In this document: piece after piece, positions 10,096 to 20,231 of the stretch | Layout of the letters: the number at the start of each line of letters is the position of its first letter | Position numbering within the stretch: the first letter of the stretch is position 1 | Source: Candidatus Bathyarchaeota archaeon | GTDB lineage: Archaea > Thermoproteota > Bathyarchaeia > Bathyarchaeales > Bathycorpusculaceae | Length of the DNA: 64,000 nucleotides | Direction: 5' to 3' | NCBI GenBank assembly: GCA_963733095.1 | Contig: CAVTBV010000014.1 | Span: 1 to 64,000 of the forward strand | Made by a program: the position numbers and the translations under genes | The notes under the pieces: model-generated | What the model was told of the DNA's origin: nothing | The model's input: the letters and a program-made list of their open reading frames with translations, nothing else | Database searches by the model: none

Positions 10096-10237
10096 CGGTT
10101 GAGTCTAAACCCCACTGCATACACCGCATAATCAGAAGCACTAGCCAATTCGCCTCCTTGATGTGATCTCAGCTACGCTTTAGCAGTTACTTAGCGACCA
10201 ATACTGCGTGTTAGCCATGAAGCGTGTTCCTCAACCG
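10096..10237 (-). ncRNA. candidate structured small RNA
   Basis: 8-bp terminal stem CGGTTGAG/CTCAACCG, internal stems ACGCTT/AAGCGT and GCAGT/ACTGC, TTATAA box ~26-30 nt upstream, pyrimidine tract downstream. Confidence 0.4.
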
Positions 10238-10363
10238 GAAAATACAACATTGCTTTTCATACTTTATAATGATGTTATGTTGGCACCCTAAGCCGCCAAC
10301 TATAAATGCGCTAAGTGAATGCAAAAAACTTAAACAATACCGCGTAGATGATACGATGCTGGT

Positions 10364-10485
10364 GCCGGGGTATCCGAGCCAGGTCTAAATAGGCGGCCAG
10401 ATAATTTGATTGCCTAAGATATGGAGGAGGACTTAAGATCCTCTGGCGCAGGCCTTCGTGGGTTCAAGTCCCACCCCCGGCACCA
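10364..10485 (+). tRNA. tRNA-Leu(TAA) with a 34-nt D-loop intron (10389-10422) and encoded CCA
   Basis: GCCGGGG/CCCCGGC acceptor, GAGGA-CTTAAGA-TCCTC anticodon arm, long variable arm, BHB GTCT-AAA...AGAT-ATG. Confidence 0.95.
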
Positions 10486-10548
10486 TAATGTTGAATTAGT
10501 ACGGGGGTTTGTCCAGATGGCGACTGCGCCAAAAACGTATTTTTTTTG

Positions 10549-11850
10549 TCATGACAGATTCTTCTTTCTGAATAGTTTATGTCCTTCAAAATCGCATACA
10601 AAATCAAATCCAGATTCAATGAGAACACATGCTTCAGCTTCAGTCTTGGCGATCTTTGATATGTAGTCAATTTCGTCTTTGAATAGTGCTTCTTCTAGCT
10701 GGATGTAAATGAGTGTATTTTTGATGTTCTTGTGTCCGAGTCGGTTCATAACGTAGAGAACATCTTTGGTGCGGTGGTAATCCATTGTTCCTCCCCAGGT
10801 TCTTAGCGTTTTGAACATGATTTTTTTGAGTCGTGGGTTATGGAGTTTTTCGGCGATTCGGTTACGCTGTTGATCGTAGTTGTCTCTAAAGTTGTCTAGG
10901 CTCATCTCGGGGAGGGCAAAGTAGTATTTTCCGTATGGTCTGGGTAGATTGTGTAGCATGCCGACGAGTTTTGGGCTCATTTTGAAGATTCTGGGGTTGC
11001 TGTTTTTTTCTGGGGTGATGTTTACTGTGTTGGTTTCAAAGTCAAAGTTATCGTCGCTGCTGTGCCAGATTTCTCCTGGTCTTGCATGTGTTTCCTTGAT
11101 CAACTGCACAAATGTTCCGACTCTAATGCTTAGTCCAGCGATTAGTTGGTCTATTTCGGTTTCTTTTGGTACGAAGGGTAGCTTTGGGATTGATTTGTAT
11201 GTCGGCGGAGTCCAGGTTCCTCCAACCATAGCTAAATAACTGCTGTATGCATCGACAGCATTTGCTTTTCTGCCTTCACACCAGGTTGTCTGCTTGGAGA
11301 TAACGGTTTTCACTGATTCTGGGTCATTGAAGTCTCCGTTGCGTCGCCAAAGTATCTTTAGTAACTTAGTGCGGCCCCTGATTGTTGCTATGCGCCGTCC
11401 TTCTTTTTGAAGGTACCATTCGTATTTAGCAAGTGTAGAGTTTATGTCAAAGGTTTCTTTCCGCAGAACATCAGTTACCTGTTGCTCTGCAACCAAATTT
11501 TTCACTTCTGCGCATATTTGGCGAGAAACTACTATGCCACGGTCGCTTTTTAATTCCTTCGTATCAATGGATAAGTCGTCTTTCAACAAGTTTTTTGCCG
11601 CTTCAACATCTTGTGGGTCACTGAAGCGTAACCCGCATCGACGGCAGAACCAACGCTGAATCTGTGATCCAAACATCGATGTGTAAGTTCCATCACGCCA
11701 AACAGTCTTAGTTTTGGGACCACACTTTGGGCATTTAATGGGTTGAGATTCTTTTTGGGGACAAAGCGTTTGGCTTGATTGCCACTCTTCAGTAAACGCA
11801 TTTTGTGATCCTACAGAGATGAAATTTGAAGAGCTACTTCTCCCTGAACC
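10549..11850 (-). CDS. tyrosine integrase with an N-terminal Zn ribbon
   Basis: Catalytic R (HARPGE), K (EKN), KTLR, LGHKN and TLIY. The frame is open upstream of the Met at 11676 through CPKC...WRDG...CRRC, but has no in-frame start codon. Confidence 0.9.
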   Translation of the reverse strand, partial: GSGRSSSSNFISVGSQNAFTEEWQSSQTLCPQKESQPIKCPKCGPKTKTVWRDGTYTSMFGSQIQRWFCRRCGLRFSDPQDVEAAKNLLKDDLSIDTKELKSDRGIVVSRQICAEVKNLVAEQQVTDVLRKETFDINSTLAKYEWYLQKEGRRIATIRGRTKLLKILWRRNGDFNDPESVKTVISKQTTWCEGRKANAVDAYSSYLAMVGGTWTPPTYKSIPKLPFVPKETEIDQLIAGLSIRVGTFVQLIKETHARPGEIWHSSDDNFDFETNTVNITPEKNSNPRIFKMSPKLVGMLHNLPRPYGKYYFALPEMSLDNFRDNYDQQRNRIAEKLHNPRLKKIMFKTLRTWGGTMDYHRTKDVLYVMNRLGHKNIKNTLIYIQLEEALFKDEIDYISKIAKTEAEACVLIESGFDFVCDFEGHKLFRKKNLS

Positions 11851-11912
11851 TCAACCATAAACCCTAAGAAACCTCCCTTGGAGGCTGACCTTTATACTCA
11901 AAGTCTGGCATC

Positions 11913-14560
11913 TCAACTGTTGACTTTTAACTGCTTACGCTTCTCGTCACAACATTCCTTGTGAGCTGGCTTATTCTCCGAAAAACTACTCTGCTCCCAA
12001 TCATTATCCATAAGGGGTTTTTGGCAGAAGTAGCAGACAAGCTGCAAGTAACTGCCTGCGGTTTCTTCTTTAATGTAAAATTGTGCATGCTCTTGTAATT
12101 TGACTTCAGAATGTTCAGTAACTTCAGAAACTACAGTTTTCGATGGTGAATTATCGTTTTTTTGAGAAAATGTCGGTGATATATTAACTTCAGTAACTTC
12201 AGTGTTCAAGTGTCCTGTGAGGCTTTGTTTTCCCATGATTACTGAAGTTTCTGAGGTTTCTGGGGTTTCTGAAGTTAGTTGCGAACCGTTAGGGAAGTAT
12301 CTTGCTTTCAAGCGGTCAATTAGAGTAGCGTCCCAGAAGAACCCTGCTTGTCCTTTCCCGCCTACTCTGCACTTTTCAAAACCCAATGCGGCAACTTTTC
12401 GTCCTATGAATCGGCTGGTAGCTTGGTCTTTCTCAGTTAACCCGTCGTTGAAAACCTCAGTTATTGCTTGAGTGCTAATTTTTCCTCCATCTACTTTGCT
12501 ATCGCTTTTGAGAAGTGCATCAAAGATTCTGGCTTCTACGCTTGCTTGTTCTGCATCAAGTCTGCTCTGTGTTATCTGTTTCATGTGCGCTATCAGTTTC
12601 TTTTTGACTTCTTCCGTTGGTGCTACTTGAATAAGGCTTATGAATAGTTCAATCACTCGCGCATTGCGAAAGTCTGCGTTTTCATTAACAAAAGCCGCTA
12701 CCATATCATTGCTTGCTTTCCCCAGATTTCTGAAGCGATACATCAACAGTTTGTTTCTTAGGTTTTTGGCTTTGTCTTCATCCATGAAAAGATTTAGTTT
12801 TCTAACTGCTCGGCTCATTGCCGTTATGATGCATCGACTTTGAAGTGTAGCGGCTAATTCCTCAGTTCCTGCCATGGCTTTAAATCCGAAAGTATCAAAC
12901 ATCCCAATCTGAGGATTACCTTCTTCTGTTTTCTCTATTTGAATGGCATACTGGCCTCTTCGGTAGCCACTGTTTAGGAGAGCTAAGACTTCAGCCATGC
13001 TTTCTTTGTTGTAAATTTCTGTCTCATCCAAGAGCAGAGTTGGGTGCCAAGCTTATAGTGCTCGAAATATTGCTGCTGCACTCATAGAGGTTGAGAGAAG
13101 GGCACGATAGCAAAGGCGTTGTAAGCATTCTAAACCTTCCGTTTTACCACTGGAAAGTGGTCCGAGGAAGAAAAGATAGGGAATAACCTTGAAGTCTTCT
13201 GGTCTCCATGAGGCTAGAACAAAACATGAGTAGACATCATAGAATAACTCGTTAGGTACATCAATGTGTTCTACCATGAAAGAGCGGATTTCACAATAGA
13301 GACTTTCTTCGCTCTCATAGTCTGTGAATGATTCTATAGGAAGCCATGGAAGGCGCGGCAGGGGAAAATACTGTAGCTCGTTGATGGTGTAGTTTCTCCA
13401 GATGTCAGTGTTTGATTGTAGCTTCTGTTCTATACGGTTCCAAACAGCGTAGTAGCTACCTTGGGCTTCTGATTTTAGCTGCTCAAAGATTACTTCGGTC
13501 GTTACTATACCTGGGCTACTAATTGGTTTAGAATCATCGCAGTTTTTTGATATATTTTTCCTGCCTGATTTTCCTGATTCTCCATTGAATGAACAATTTG
13601 GAAGGCAATACCCTAATTCAGTTATGGAGTTGCAGGTAGGTGTCTTTTCCGGATCTGCACTTGATATTTGAGTCCTGCAGGTGTTTGAGTCGAAGTCTCA
13701 TTGTTGCCGGAAGAGGTCAATTATCTCGTCGTCGCTGTAGCCATGGCGTTTGTATTCAGCTGCTATAGCCAAGCGCATTCTGTGACCATTGGGACCTGTC
13801 AGCTGCAGCTTGAGAGCTTCAACAATACAGGGCCTTGGTCTGTTGGATCCTGATCTAGGTTGTACTGGTTGACCTGGCTGAACCTGTTCTTTGAGTAGAC
13901 CCTGCTTCTTCATTACTGAGTTGAAGGTCTGCTCTATGCTCTCTACTTCAGTAAGGCAGTTGATGTTGATTTTGCGGTAACCTAGGCTTGGCGCCATCAG
14001 GCAAAGTTTCTTATCACCTAATAGCTCCAAGCTTGCGGTGTTATGATAGGTTCCGATGGTTTTGGGCTTGGTTTTGCTCCGTAGATTAAATGTTGCCCCT
14101 TGTTAACGGTCTGCTCCATGCAGGTAATTGGGAATTCTTTGAGCAGTATTCGACCTTTCTCTTTCACTTCACCGGTGACGTCGTTGCCTTTGCAGTCATA
14201 ATCCACTACAGCGAGATAGAGGCCATTTCTTGCTTGAGTTCCCAGTACAATAGCAAAAGCGTTAGCGCCATTCCAGTCAAGAGTTATGAATTCCTCGTCT
14301 GTTTGAAGTTGCGTTTCCCATTTCTTCCAACTTGGTGTAAGGATTATCTTTTCGTATTCTTCGCCTTTCTTTATGAGTTTGAAAGGGATCATGCTGAGAC
14401 CTAATGCATGATAGCTTCCAGCAGTGGCCTTGAGTTCCTCTTCAGTGGGCTGTTTAACGGTCTCTTGCGTCTCTGTCACCTTTCTGCTTTTTTGGGGAAA
14501 ATTCGCTACATGCTTCGTCTCTTGCAATACGCCATATTCTTCCTTTAGTGCATCTGCCAA
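11913..14560 (-). pseudogene. primase-polymerase + PriL-like Cys domain + P-loop helicase replication protein, disrupted
   Basis: Prim-Pol motifs (LSMIP, LAVVDYD, GQHLIY); frameshift near 14081; TGA at 13698; TAA at 13053; Walker A GPLSSGKT and Walker B TLLLDE. Confidence 0.85.
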
Positions 14561-14591
14561 TCCAGTTTGTGCAGTCCCAACAGCGTTTCAT
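14454..14591 (-). CDS. small Cys-rich protein of the mobile element
   Basis: MKRCWDCTNWIGRC...ACSEFSPK. Confidence 0.45.
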   Translation of the reverse strand: MKRCWDCTNWIGRCTKGRIWRIARDEACSEFSPKKQKGDRDARDR

Positions 14592-14740
14592 TGTCTCTCC
14601 GTTTATAGCTAGGTTTAGAAGATTAGCAGCTAATGCAGTGCAGTCTTTGAGAGCCTCACTATATCCTTCAGGAGGTGATTCATTTTCTTGAAAATCTGGT
14701 GATTCAGCGTAATTGTGAAGGACCATTGGCGTTAGCGCTC

Positions 14741-15037
14741 CTACTCGACTTGCTGCTTGGCGATAAACTGGCGTTCCACGACTTTTGGTCGGTACGTTTC
14801 ACTACGTTCAAGTTCTTCCAGTTCAAGTCGATTTTCAATATAACTGCTAAGAATTCTGAGACTCTTCAAAACGAGACTGAGCGGTGTTTCTGAATTGTAA
14901 ATGACAGCTGTTCTTGTATCGCAGATTAAGTCAAGCTGATGGCCTAATTCTTCTCTTACTTCTTTAGGAAGGTAGTATTGCCCTTGAGGGTTGGCTTTTG
15001 TATGGAAGGTTACCATTTTTAACATATCCTTGTACAA
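14741..15037 (-). CDS. AbrB/SpoVT-like DNA-binding protein
   Basis: TKANPQGQYYLPKEVREELG. Confidence 0.75.
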   Translation of the reverse strand: MYKDMLKMVTFHTKANPQGQYYLPKEVREELGHQLDLICDTRTAVIYNSETPLSLVLKSLRILSSYIENRLELEELERSETYRPKVVERQFIAKQQVE

Positions 15038-15815
15038 AAAATATAACGCTGGGACACTTGACTACCAAGTGATGAAACAAGGTATGACACCTAGTAACAG
15101 CCCTAACCTTGAGAATCAAGTTCAATCGATTATTGAAAAGAAGGGTGCAGACGGTTGGATCCGAGTTAGTAAATGTGAAAAAGAATATGTAAATTCCAAT
15201 CCGGATGAAAACAGCAGCACTCGCCGAACAAAATTTTACCGGTGGCTTATAAAAGTCGAAAGAAAAAAAGTCCCTGGCTTTCAAATCATAAAATTTCCTA
15301 ATAACCTCAGCTATATCGGGCTTACAACTTCTAGCCCAAAAAAACTTGATTATCTTGTGACTAACGACAAAAAAGCAGCTCAGAGAGTGAGTTTTAGTGA
15401 AACCTTCTACATCAATGCTTTCAAAAAAATTGATGAAATATGCAACTTGGCAAACGGTAATAAATCACGTTATGCTTCTCCCGATGAAGCTTTGCTTGAA
15501 CTTAATTCTCTTATTGCGACTCTTCCAAGAGACTTAAAGGAAAAAATAAAGCCCCTGCAAGACCTAGCTATCAGTAAAGCGACAAAACAAGGAAGGATAC
15601 CGTTACAGCCAAAGTATTATCGCGGCTTAGTTGGAATGCTAAGTGATGAAGAAGACATTCCTGACAAAGAATTTCTAAATGATTGTTATAGTTGCGTTCA
15701 AGAGTTGGTTAAAGAAGTTTCGTCTCTTCTACACGAGTCCAAAGACAATTTAACGCTATTCGGTTTAAATCAAACCGATTGCAAAACGAAGGGAAGGCCT
15801 GAAGTTTCGGGCTGA
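14991..15815 (+). CDS. hypothetical protein, divergent from the AbrB-like gene
   Basis: 274-aa ORF; true start probably near 15072. Confidence 0.6.
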   Translation: MAFVWKVTIFNISLYKKYNAGTLDYQVMKQGMTPSNSPNLENQVQSIIEKKGADGWIRVSKCEKEYVNSNPDENSSTRRTKFYRWLIKVERKKVPGFQIIKFPNNLSYIGLTTSSPKKLDYLVTNDKKAAQRVSFSETFYINAFKKIDEICNLANGNKSRYASPDEALLELNSLIATLPRDLKEKIKPLQDLAISKATKQGRIPLQPKYYRGLVGMLSDEEDIPDKEFLNDCYSCVQELVKEVSSLLHESKDNLTLFGLNQTDCKTKGRPEVSG

Positions 15816-15915
15816 ATAATCGAATAAAGAAGGAAAGAAGAATGTGTGTGATTTTCTATCAATTGCTGATTAGATACAAAAAAATGGAAAATTGAAAAAG
15901 ACCTACCTTCGGAAT

Positions 15916-16191
15916 CTATCTTTTATCGTCTGTGCTGTGGAGTAGTTTTAATGCTTGAAGCAGAACGCCTGTTTTTGGGTTTTCTTTGTTTAGGTTAATA
16001 ATTCGCATTCGGACGATGTGCTTGTCGGTAACAATCCCTTGCTCTTGAAGAACTTGCAGCTCAGAATTCACTTGGGGATATTTACCGTTTATTCCAACTG
16101 TCAATCGCATGATGTTACATGAACCGTTTTCAACTAAGAACTTGATTATCTTTCGTCGACAAGAGGAAGACAATATCGTTTCTAAATCCAA
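15916..16191 (-). CDS. winged-helix (ArsR-like) regulator
   Basis: ILSSSCRRKIIKFL...NIMRL...VNSELQVLQEQGIV...RIINLNKENPKT. Confidence 0.8.
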   Translation of the reverse strand: MDLETILSSSCRRKIIKFLVENGSCNIMRLTVGINGKYPQVNSELQVLQEQGIVTDKHIVRMRIINLNKENPKTGVLLQALKLLHSTDDKR

Positions 16192-16340
16192 ATCATTTCC
16201 CTAGTTAGGAACCTGTCTTGTCTTCCTGTTTTACCTTATAAGACATAGGGTACCAAGGGCCACTGGGCGAAGGGGAGGGTTCAGTGAAAGTGAAGACACT
16301 TTCTTTCATCGTTTTTTCCATCAAATCGTTCACTTTTACC

Positions 16341-16406
16341 TATCTCCCACTTACGGTAACTGGGTTACCCACTTACTATAACTCGGTTACCCAATTACTA
16401 TAACCG
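16341..16406. promoter_or_regulatory. three 22-bp direct repeats upstream of a TATA box
   Basis: TATCTCCCACTTACGGTAACTG / GGTTACCCACTTACTATAACTC / GGTTACCCAATTACTATAACCG, with TTTAAA at 16417. Confidence 0.65.
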
Positions 16407-16573
16407 TTCTACTGGCTTTAAATCTAAAACGACCGATGTAGAAGTCAGGGATAAAAAAATGGAAAAAATCAAAAAAATTGAATGGAACCCTGATAAACGG
16501 TTCCAAGAACTTGGCGAGACCTTGCCTAAGACAGGATTTACATTGTCAATGGTTTGGGGAGGTAGAATGAGAA

Positions 16574-17170
16574 ATGACGACTATTTTTAGCGACGACTTT
16601 GAAAGTGGAGATTTCAGTGCTTGGACAGCAACTGAAAATTCGCCTACAATCACAACAACCCCAGTTCACCACGGCAGCCATGCTATGCAAGCGAATTTAG
16701 CCTCCTGGGCAGCTGCAAACTGCCGAGCAAGTAAAAACATAACATCTAGCTCAGCGGTGTATATGCGTTGCTATGTCCGAATGGAAGACCTCTTTACGGG
16801 TTCTGGCTTAAAAGGCATAGGACCACGCTTCTACTATAGTGGCGGTAGCTCAATTGCCTTTGTCATCGTTGATTGTCCAAACAATAAATGGGGCATTCGA
16901 AACAACGTAAGCTCAACAAGTTACTTTGAAAGCGGAACAAGCGCAATTAACCCAGACCAATGGTATTGTCTAGAACTTTACATTAATGTAAACAGCGCGT
17001 CTGGAGAACTAAAGCTATGGGTCGATGGAATCCTAAAGGTTGACCAAACAGGGCTCAACACAGGAACCAATAATGTAACAGGAGCTTCAGCCAATTCTTA
17101 CAGCCAAAACGCAGAAGGTACAACAAGAACACTCTACTTCGCCTTCACAAAGCCTCACACCAGTTCCTAG
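16574..17170 (+). CDS. concanavalin/LamG-like beta-sandwich protein, C-terminally truncated
   Basis: IFSDDFESGDFSAW...DQWYCLELY...LKLWVDG; GGAGGT SD. Confidence 0.7.
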   Translation: MTTIFSDDFESGDFSAWTATENSPTITTTPVHHGSHAMQANLASWAAANCRASKNITSSSAVYMRCYVRMEDLFTGSGLKGIGPRFYYSGGSSIAFVIVDCPNNKWGIRNNVSSTSYFESGTSAINPDQWYCLELYINVNSASGELKLWVDGILKVDQTGLNTGTNNVTGASANSYSQNAEGTTRTLYFAFTKPHTSS

Positions 17171-17294
17171 CCAATCTAGTGCTGGATCCTCGGTGTTGTT
17201 TGGGTTGAACTCCGAAGTCGTTATTGCAGTTCTGCTTGTGGTGGTTGTTGTGTTGTTGGTTTTTGTGATGTTTTATTTGCGCAAGCGAAGATAG
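17136..17294 (+). pseudogene. orphan S/T/P linker + TM anchor + basic tail, out of frame with the upstream gene
   Basis: TSPSQSLTPVPSQSSAGSSVLFGLNSEVVIAVLLVVVVVLLVFVMFYLRKRR*. Confidence 0.65.
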
Positions 17295-17304
17295 TGCATA
17301 CGTT

Positions 17305-17502
17305 TCATTTTTCATCGTTTTCTTCTCTGCTTGGCTTTTTGCGGTGTAGTGTCTCGTTTATTATGTTTAGTTCTTTTGCATAGTCCATTAGTGCCATTCG
17401 TAGGGTTTCACTTTCGCTTGTGCCTAGTCGTGTTGAGAGGGCTGTTAGGATTTCTTTTTGTTGTTTGCTGAGTACCACTTTTGCTATGAGTTTTCTAGCC
17501 AA
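17305..17502 (-). CDS. ribbon-helix-helix (CopG-like) protein
   Basis: AKVVLSKQQKEILTALSTRLGTSESETLRMAL. Confidence 0.8.
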   Translation of the reverse strand: MARKLIAKVVLSKQQKEILTALSTRLGTSESETLRMALMDYAKELNIINETLHRKKPSREENDEK

Positions 17503-17781
17503 CCCTATGTTTCCCCCGTGTACCTTTAGGCTTGTTTTGCGCCAAAGATTCCTGATTCCCTCCGGATCTGAAGAGAAACACAGAATGCTCCCTACCTTGC
17601 TTATTACACTAACTAAGCCTGTTTTCCATGCCTAGGTGAGGCAAACTTTTTTGGAAGCAGATTTATTGTTGCAGTTTTTTTGATAAAAACTTAAGAGAGG
17701 TTTTTTGAGGTGCAAAAATGCGTAGTTTATATTTAATTTGGAGTGTTAGGTTGAGGTTTTAGCGTTTTTTTGTGAGCTTCT

Positions 17782-18080
17782 TTATGAAGAGAAGTCCATT
17801 GTCAGCGTCGGTTGTAGTTTTGTTTTTCTTTTTGCGGGGGGATGATAGAACATAACTTCTATTGGACTATGGCTTGTGTTTTCCTCTTTTTCTCGCAATC
17901 CAGCATCTGTGTCCTGATTATCTGAGCGAGTTTTTTCGTAATCAATAGATTTTAGTGCAGCAAGCAACAACATAGTTTTTGAATTCTTTTTGTTCAACCT
18001 AATGATCCTGATTCTCCCATGCCTAACCTTCACAGGATGTTGGTTGATTATTATGCCTTCTTTTTCCAGAATTGAAAAAT
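17782..18080 (-). pseudogene. C-terminal relic of a second wHTH regulator
   Basis: ILEKEGII...RIIRLNKKNSKTMLLLAALK aligns with the C-half of 15916..16191. Confidence 0.6.
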
Positions 18081-18361
18081 TCAGAACCTATTAAGATTAG
18101 ATTCGTCTTAATATCGTTGACAATAAGGGTGACAACAAAAAAAGGTACATTACTTTTTATGCTATAGGGCATCTAACAAAATTAGACTTCCAAGCAGTCT
18201 CGACAAGTCTGCATGCAGCTCTCTGCATTGAAAAAAATGTATGTTTTACCATTCTGAATTCTAAACAGGTAACTTATTGAATAATTATCTGAAGGAAAAA
18301 TCCTATTCTTGGAGAAAAAACCGCGTAAATTTTATAACTTTAGCTAAGTGATTAATATGTA

Positions 18362-19720
18362 ATGAAAAAGAGCTTCGCTGTGATCCTGTCAGTAATTGTT
18401 CTATTTTCTTGCATTATTGTAATTAGGCCTGTTGCTGGGGTATCTGTTATTCGGGATTCTTGGGTTTCTAAGGAGCCTATGAATCAGCCCAGAGCAGGTG
18501 TAGGTGTTGTCGCAGTCGACGATAAAATATACGCAATTGGTGGTACTTCTACGGCTCCTTTCATTTATCAAGTAGAAAATTTATTGAGCATAAACGAAGA
18601 ATACGACCCCAAAACAGACACATGGACAATAAAACCAAGTGTGCCCACTCCCAGAGCATATTTTGGGGTAGCCTCCATTGAAAACAAAATTTACTGCATC
18701 GGCGGAATAGTAGGTGTAGAGAAAGAAGAAATCGGGTCTATTATGCATACTTTTTCTGTTCATAGCGCTATAACTGAGGTTTATGATACAGGTTCAGAAA
18801 CTTGGGAAACAAAGGCATCCATGCCCACTATTGAGTCAAGATTTGAAGCTAATGCAGTAAACGGCAAAATTTACGCGATAGGCTCGCATTTTACTTACGT
18901 CTACGATCCAGCAACTGATTCATGGACAGAGAAAACGCCTTTTCCTGGCAGAGTTAGTGATTCTTGGTGGAACTCGCCAGTATCAACTGCTGTGGGTGAT
19001 GAAATATTTGTATCAGGGGAGTTTAGTACAGGTCAACGTTTGTTTGTTTATAATACCCTAAATGACAGCTGGAGCGAAATTACCACTGATGTTTTTGAGG
19101 CTGGTATTGGTGTAGGTGCAACGATTGGTGTTAGGGCTCCTGAGCGTGTTTATGTTTTAGGCTTGATTAATTGGAACTATGATCAAGTCAATCAAGTCTA
19201 TGACCCACTAACTGGTGATTGGAGTTCAGCTGCTCCGAACCCGATTGATCAGAGAGATTTTGGCTGTGTTGTCCTAAATGATGTTTTATACGTTATTGGT
19301 GGGTATGTTGAGTCAGGGGAGGTAACAGCTGCTAATCAAGCATACTACCCAATCGGTTTCAGCCCTTTGCCAGAAATTAGGGTTCTTTCCCCTGTGACGC
19401 AGACGTATAATGAATCAAATGTCTCCTTGGTTTTTACTGTAGATCGACCTGTTAGCTGGATCGGTTATAGTCTTGATGGCGCCGACAATGTTACTTTTAC
19501 TGGCAATTATACTTTGTCGGAATTATCGAATGGTGTGTATAACGTTACTGTTTTTGCTAGCGACTCTTTTGGGTATGTTGGGGCTTCAAAAACGGTTTCC
19601 TTTAGCGTTGCATCAAAGTCTATTCCGTACGTGCTTGTTGTGGGTGCTGTTTTAGCTATTGTTTTTGTATGTATAGTTTTGATTCTTCTTTTAAAGAGAC
19701 ACAAGCCCTCCAATCAATAG
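18362..19720 (+). CDS. secreted Kelch beta-propeller + Ig-like domain + C-terminal TM anchor
   Basis: Signal peptide; repeated KIYAIGG / YDP.TD.W; PVSWIGYSLDG Ig-like module; TM followed by KRHK. Confidence 0.9.
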   Translation: MKKSFAVILSVIVLFSCIIVIRPVAGVSVIRDSWVSKEPMNQPRAGVGVVAVDDKIYAIGGTSTAPFIYQVENLLSINEEYDPKTDTWTIKPSVPTPRAYFGVASIENKIYCIGGIVGVEKEEIGSIMHTFSVHSAITEVYDTGSETWETKASMPTIESRFEANAVNGKIYAIGSHFTYVYDPATDSWTEKTPFPGRVSDSWWNSPVSTAVGDEIFVSGEFSTGQRLFVYNTLNDSWSEITTDVFEAGIGVGATIGVRAPERVYVLGLINWNYDQVNQVYDPLTGDWSSAAPNPIDQRDFGCVVLNDVLYVIGGYVESGEVTAANQAYYPIGFSPLPEIRVLSPVTQTYNESNVSLVFTVDRPVSWIGYSLDGADNVTFTGNYTLSELSNGVYNVTVFASDSFGYVGASKTVSFSVASKSIPYVLVVGAVLAIVFVCIVLILLLKRHKPSNQ

Positions 19721-20231
19721 CTACAAAAAGTAAAGCATCACTAGTTGTTTATGACTAAGTAATTCGGTTTATTTAGTAATAACATTGTTAACAATAAACC
19801 TCAATTCAAAACTGAAAAACGGAAAATGGGGTAATATCTCATGATTAAACATTTATACTATTCAACTCTTGGCTAATTGGGGCAGATTTTCTTTAACGAA
19901 AGGTAGCATGACTATGCGTTTTTGGGTTGTAAATCGGCGGGATATGTTGTTTGTAGGATGCTATCCCCTTTTTGTAAATGATAGAGTTAGTAAATTCATA
20001 TGAATCCCCCAACAGTATGCAGAACAATTCGCAAAAAATGGAGCAAGTTCTTATTATGCCGCTCAACTGGATTTAAAAAAATGATTTAACAAATATCTTA
20101 TACTAGTTATCAACAAACAACAAACCAAATGAGTGCTTGAGTCAATATTGCGATGATTGGTCTGTACTCGTTTTTCCTGTGCAGGAGTAATTGATAGCAC
20201 ATACCAATTAAACATGGGGGATTGATTAGAA

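Noticed and set aside
10421-10670. ORFs 10421..10666 and 10464..10670, and the many antisense ORFs inside long genes
   Set aside because: They are shadows of the tRNA, integrase or housekeeping genes and have no motifs.
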